Below are positions 60,836 through 64,000 of a stretch of DNA of 64,000 nt, one piece after another (position 1 is the first letter of the stretch; every line of letters starts with the position of its first letter). Both the position numbers and the translations under genes were made by a program. This DNA comes from Octopus sinensis (taxonomy: Eukaryota): positions 58,466,001 to 58,530,000 of the forward strand of contig NC_043002.1 of NCBI RefSeq assembly GCF_006345805.1, written 5' to 3'. A model generated the notes under the pieces. That model worked only from the letters and a program-made list of their open reading frames with translations, did not search any database and was not told the DNA's origin.

Positions 60836-63800
60836 AGAAGTGATGGCTAGTAGAAAGGATATAGCACGTATCATAATACTTTACTGCATTTAATTACACA
60901 CTTTCATGTTCTGAGTTAAAATCCAATTGAGGTCGACTTTGTGTGACTCAAGTCAATTCCAGCTTGATCAAGCTTTGCACACATCAACAAATATATTTAC
61001 TATTTACAATTCTTATATCATCATCATCATTGTTTAACATCCGTTTTCCATGCTGGCATGAGTTGAACAGTTTGATTGAGGACTGGCAAACCAGTAGGCT
61101 GCACCAACCATTCTTATGGGGCTGTGGAAGAAGGACTCTGTAATTGTTACTGATGAAGTGCAATGATACAGAAATACATGCATCCGATGGTCATATGACA
61201 TTGCCCAATGTGCTTCCACACATATTGTCTGGGACAAAATTTTCTCTTGAGACTATTTCCACAGCAAAAGGTCTGCCCACATCCACGTGTACATGAACAT
61301 AAAATATAATTGTACATGCATGACATTAAACTGCCTCTGATGGTGAGGTTCCAGTTTGAGAGTTCTGGAGCTGCTGGGGAGCTTGGAGTCACCCCTTAAT
61401 TACCATTACTCCCATGTCTGTTCTGACCCAGAATAGTAACACCAGTCTATGGGTTAAATAGATTTCCCAGAGGTGGAGGAAGCTCCTGTTATTTTGAGAA
61501 AACCATGGGGAAGGCAACTCTTCTAGAAGACAGATACTCTGATATGAAACTTGCAGTCATTTTGCAATGCTTGTCACTGGAACTGACTATGGCAAATCGA
61601 GAGAATGGCAAAAGGGTTGTATAAGCTTTTGTTACTTAGATCCAGTGATGTACAGATGTCTCATTATCATTTGAAGAAGAGATGGCTATCATCTGACAAG
61701 ATGAGGCAATCATCCATTAGCACGCCAGGTGACATGTTTAACAGTATTTCGTCTGTCTTTACATTCTGAGATGAAATTCCGCTGAAGTCGACTTTGCCTT
61801 CCATCCTTTTGGGGTCAATAAATTAAGTATCAGTTGTGTACTGGGGTCAATCTAATCGACTGGCCCCTCACCCAACATTTTGGGCCTTGTGCCTTAATAG
61901 AAAAGTATGTATATATATATACACACACACACACATTATATATACCAGGGACGCACTACCTCGGGAGTGCTTACCTTGTATAAAATAGATCGATAGCAAC
62001 ATTTCCTTTTATTGCAAAATATGTACCAAATTCAATAAAATTATGAAGGTTATTCTGATTACTATGCATAAAATACAAAATATTTTGTTTTTGTAGATTA
62101 GGTAGGCAAAATTCACCCCTGCCTTTCAATCTCTGTATTTAAGCTACACATAGTAATGTTGTAGTAGACATGCTGCATACACTCCTACGACGACATTTTC
62201 TTAACGTGCTATAAAAGCAGAGGTAAATCTGCCTTCAACTCAGTTACATGCCTGTATTTTGCTTATTTTTTGCATTTTACTACATAAAGGTCACCAATTG
62301 CCTACCCCGAGTAATTACTGATGGCACATGCCTGATTATATATATATATATATATATTTATAAATGTATGTATGTATGTAGATGAAGAACCACAGTAGAT
62401 GGCGCCAGCTGCCCATGTAACAGGGCAGTAATTCCAATGAACTGATACAGAATTGAGGAATACCTTCGTCCTTTCTGGTGCCAATGGTAGGTTAAACTAT
62501 ACACCCAGCAGACTTTACAAAGTGATCTGACAAGACGAAAAGCCATATAAAGGCCATGCTAAACATGGAACACCTGAGTGAGACATACATACTGAAAATC
62601 ACATCAAGAGTTACCCAACTAAAGCAGAAAACCCCAAAGAACTGGTGCATATACATGTATATGCACATTCCTCCATGTATATACATACACACTATGAAAG
62701 GAGAATGGCTGGGAAAAGTTACCCAAGGATATACATGCTGCATAAATCTTTGTGAAGTCAGTGCAAGTATACTTGAGGTAACAAGTCAATATATTTTAAG
62801 TAAACCTTAATGATGAGGGCAATCTAAAGGGAGCAGGAATGCTCCAAATAAAACACATGTGTGTGTGTGTGTCTGCACTCAGGAGAATGAGTTTACTACA
62901 TTGTGGACAACTCCAGGAATGTTTCAGCCTTATTTGACCTCAGCAGCAGAGCTTCTGACAACTAGAGTTTCTTTTTAATTGAAATGCAGGTGTGGTGTAG
63001 TAACTTATCAAAATGACTGGAAAATATACATCATGGAAAGAAAATTATTAGATGGGTCATAAGCCAATAAAGATTCGTCGATATATGCTAAGAATGAAGA
63101 ACCAAAAATATTAAAAGTATGTCTAGGTAGATTCAATGAAATGAGGTAATGATTGAGGGTTGATTTGTACAGATGATGATGAAATACATGAACTAACCTA
63201 GAATGTGGTGGCTGTATGACCCAATTTCGATTTCTACATAAAAATACCTGAAATTATTAAAGCTCTTGGGAGAGGTAGAAATGTCACAACCTCTTCCCCT
63301 CCTCCTGGATTTTGCAAGACAAGTTTTTAGTCTTCTTTTAAATAATTTCAGTTATAACTACCTAAGGCTCAGAAATTTATAAATATCAATTGACTGCTAT
63401 TTTACTTCAAAAATACATCATACCTATGGAAAGAAAAATAAACTAAGACAGAACGAAGAAAGGCGGGGAGAGAGAGACAGACGGACAGAGAGAAAAACAA
63501 ATAGAAAAAACGAAGAGAAGAAAGAAGCGTGAGAGGGAGAAAAGGACAGAGGGGTAAAAGTCTTGGTATGAAACAGGACTTTAATTAAAAACCATGGGTG
63601 GACGTAGCCACTACAACATAAGAAGCAATTACTTAATCGTGTTTAGGTTTATAATTATTCTGTTAAAACGACATCGTGGAAATGCTATTTGAATCATCAT
63701 GCATCAAAAAAACGAAAGGCTTTTAAACTTCCGAGGTCGATTAAATGAAATACATAGCCTAGAGATTTATAGCGACATAAGTACAGTTTAGAGTCCCCAT

Positions 63801-64000
63801 CCTCCGATTCATAACTTTCTGAAAAATGCATGTTTTAAAATGAAATTATGGAGAGAGATGTTTTCGAGGGTGTAGATTAAAACCGTATTGATAAATCGGA
63901 GGAGTGGGGTATTGGCTCCCGACTTTGTTGTCATCAATTTCCGTAATCTTTTGTTTCAGCCATGAGGTTACAGATTCAATTTTTTCTAAAATTTTAGATT

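Noticed and set aside
61960-62550. Minus-strand donor-like sites (CAAG|GTAAGC, GAAG|GTATTC) as the lgl first exon
   Set aside because: Wrong phase or no similarity to Lgl N-termini.

Overview
AT-rich, repeat-dense animal genomic DNA. The SINE/MITE families and dense (CA)n/(TA)n microsatellites look like an octopus genome, which is inferred from repeat recognition only. One host gene is supported: lethal(2) giant larvae (lgl/LLGL) on the minus strand. Eight internal exons (16405->3239) splice in frame to about 315 aa of the N-terminal WD40/LLGL region, and one intron is U12-type. The first coding exon was not found, so 16.4-64 kb is probably one intron of more than 47 kb. Nearly all provided ORFs are repeat-derived noise. 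The main unexpected signal is a set of type I hammerhead ribozyme (HHR) motifs inside (TA)n-flanked tandem or inverted repeat units, resembling Penelope-like element (PLE) pseudo-LTRs or non-LTR retrozymes. They are a perfect 45-nt minimal HHR in both arms of a 945-bp fold-back (352-nt unit, 47.5-48.4 kb), an HHR with a roughly 68-nt elongated stem II in a 492-nt tandem unit (0.67-2.35 kb), several decayed copies with covarying stem II, and a GIY-YIG remnant. Remnants of mariner, RTE, CR1/L2 and Tx1 elements, piggyBac-, hAT- and pogo-like MITEs, a probable Helitron and many SINEs make up the rest. All folds and alignments were done by eye, and repeat boundaries are approximate.
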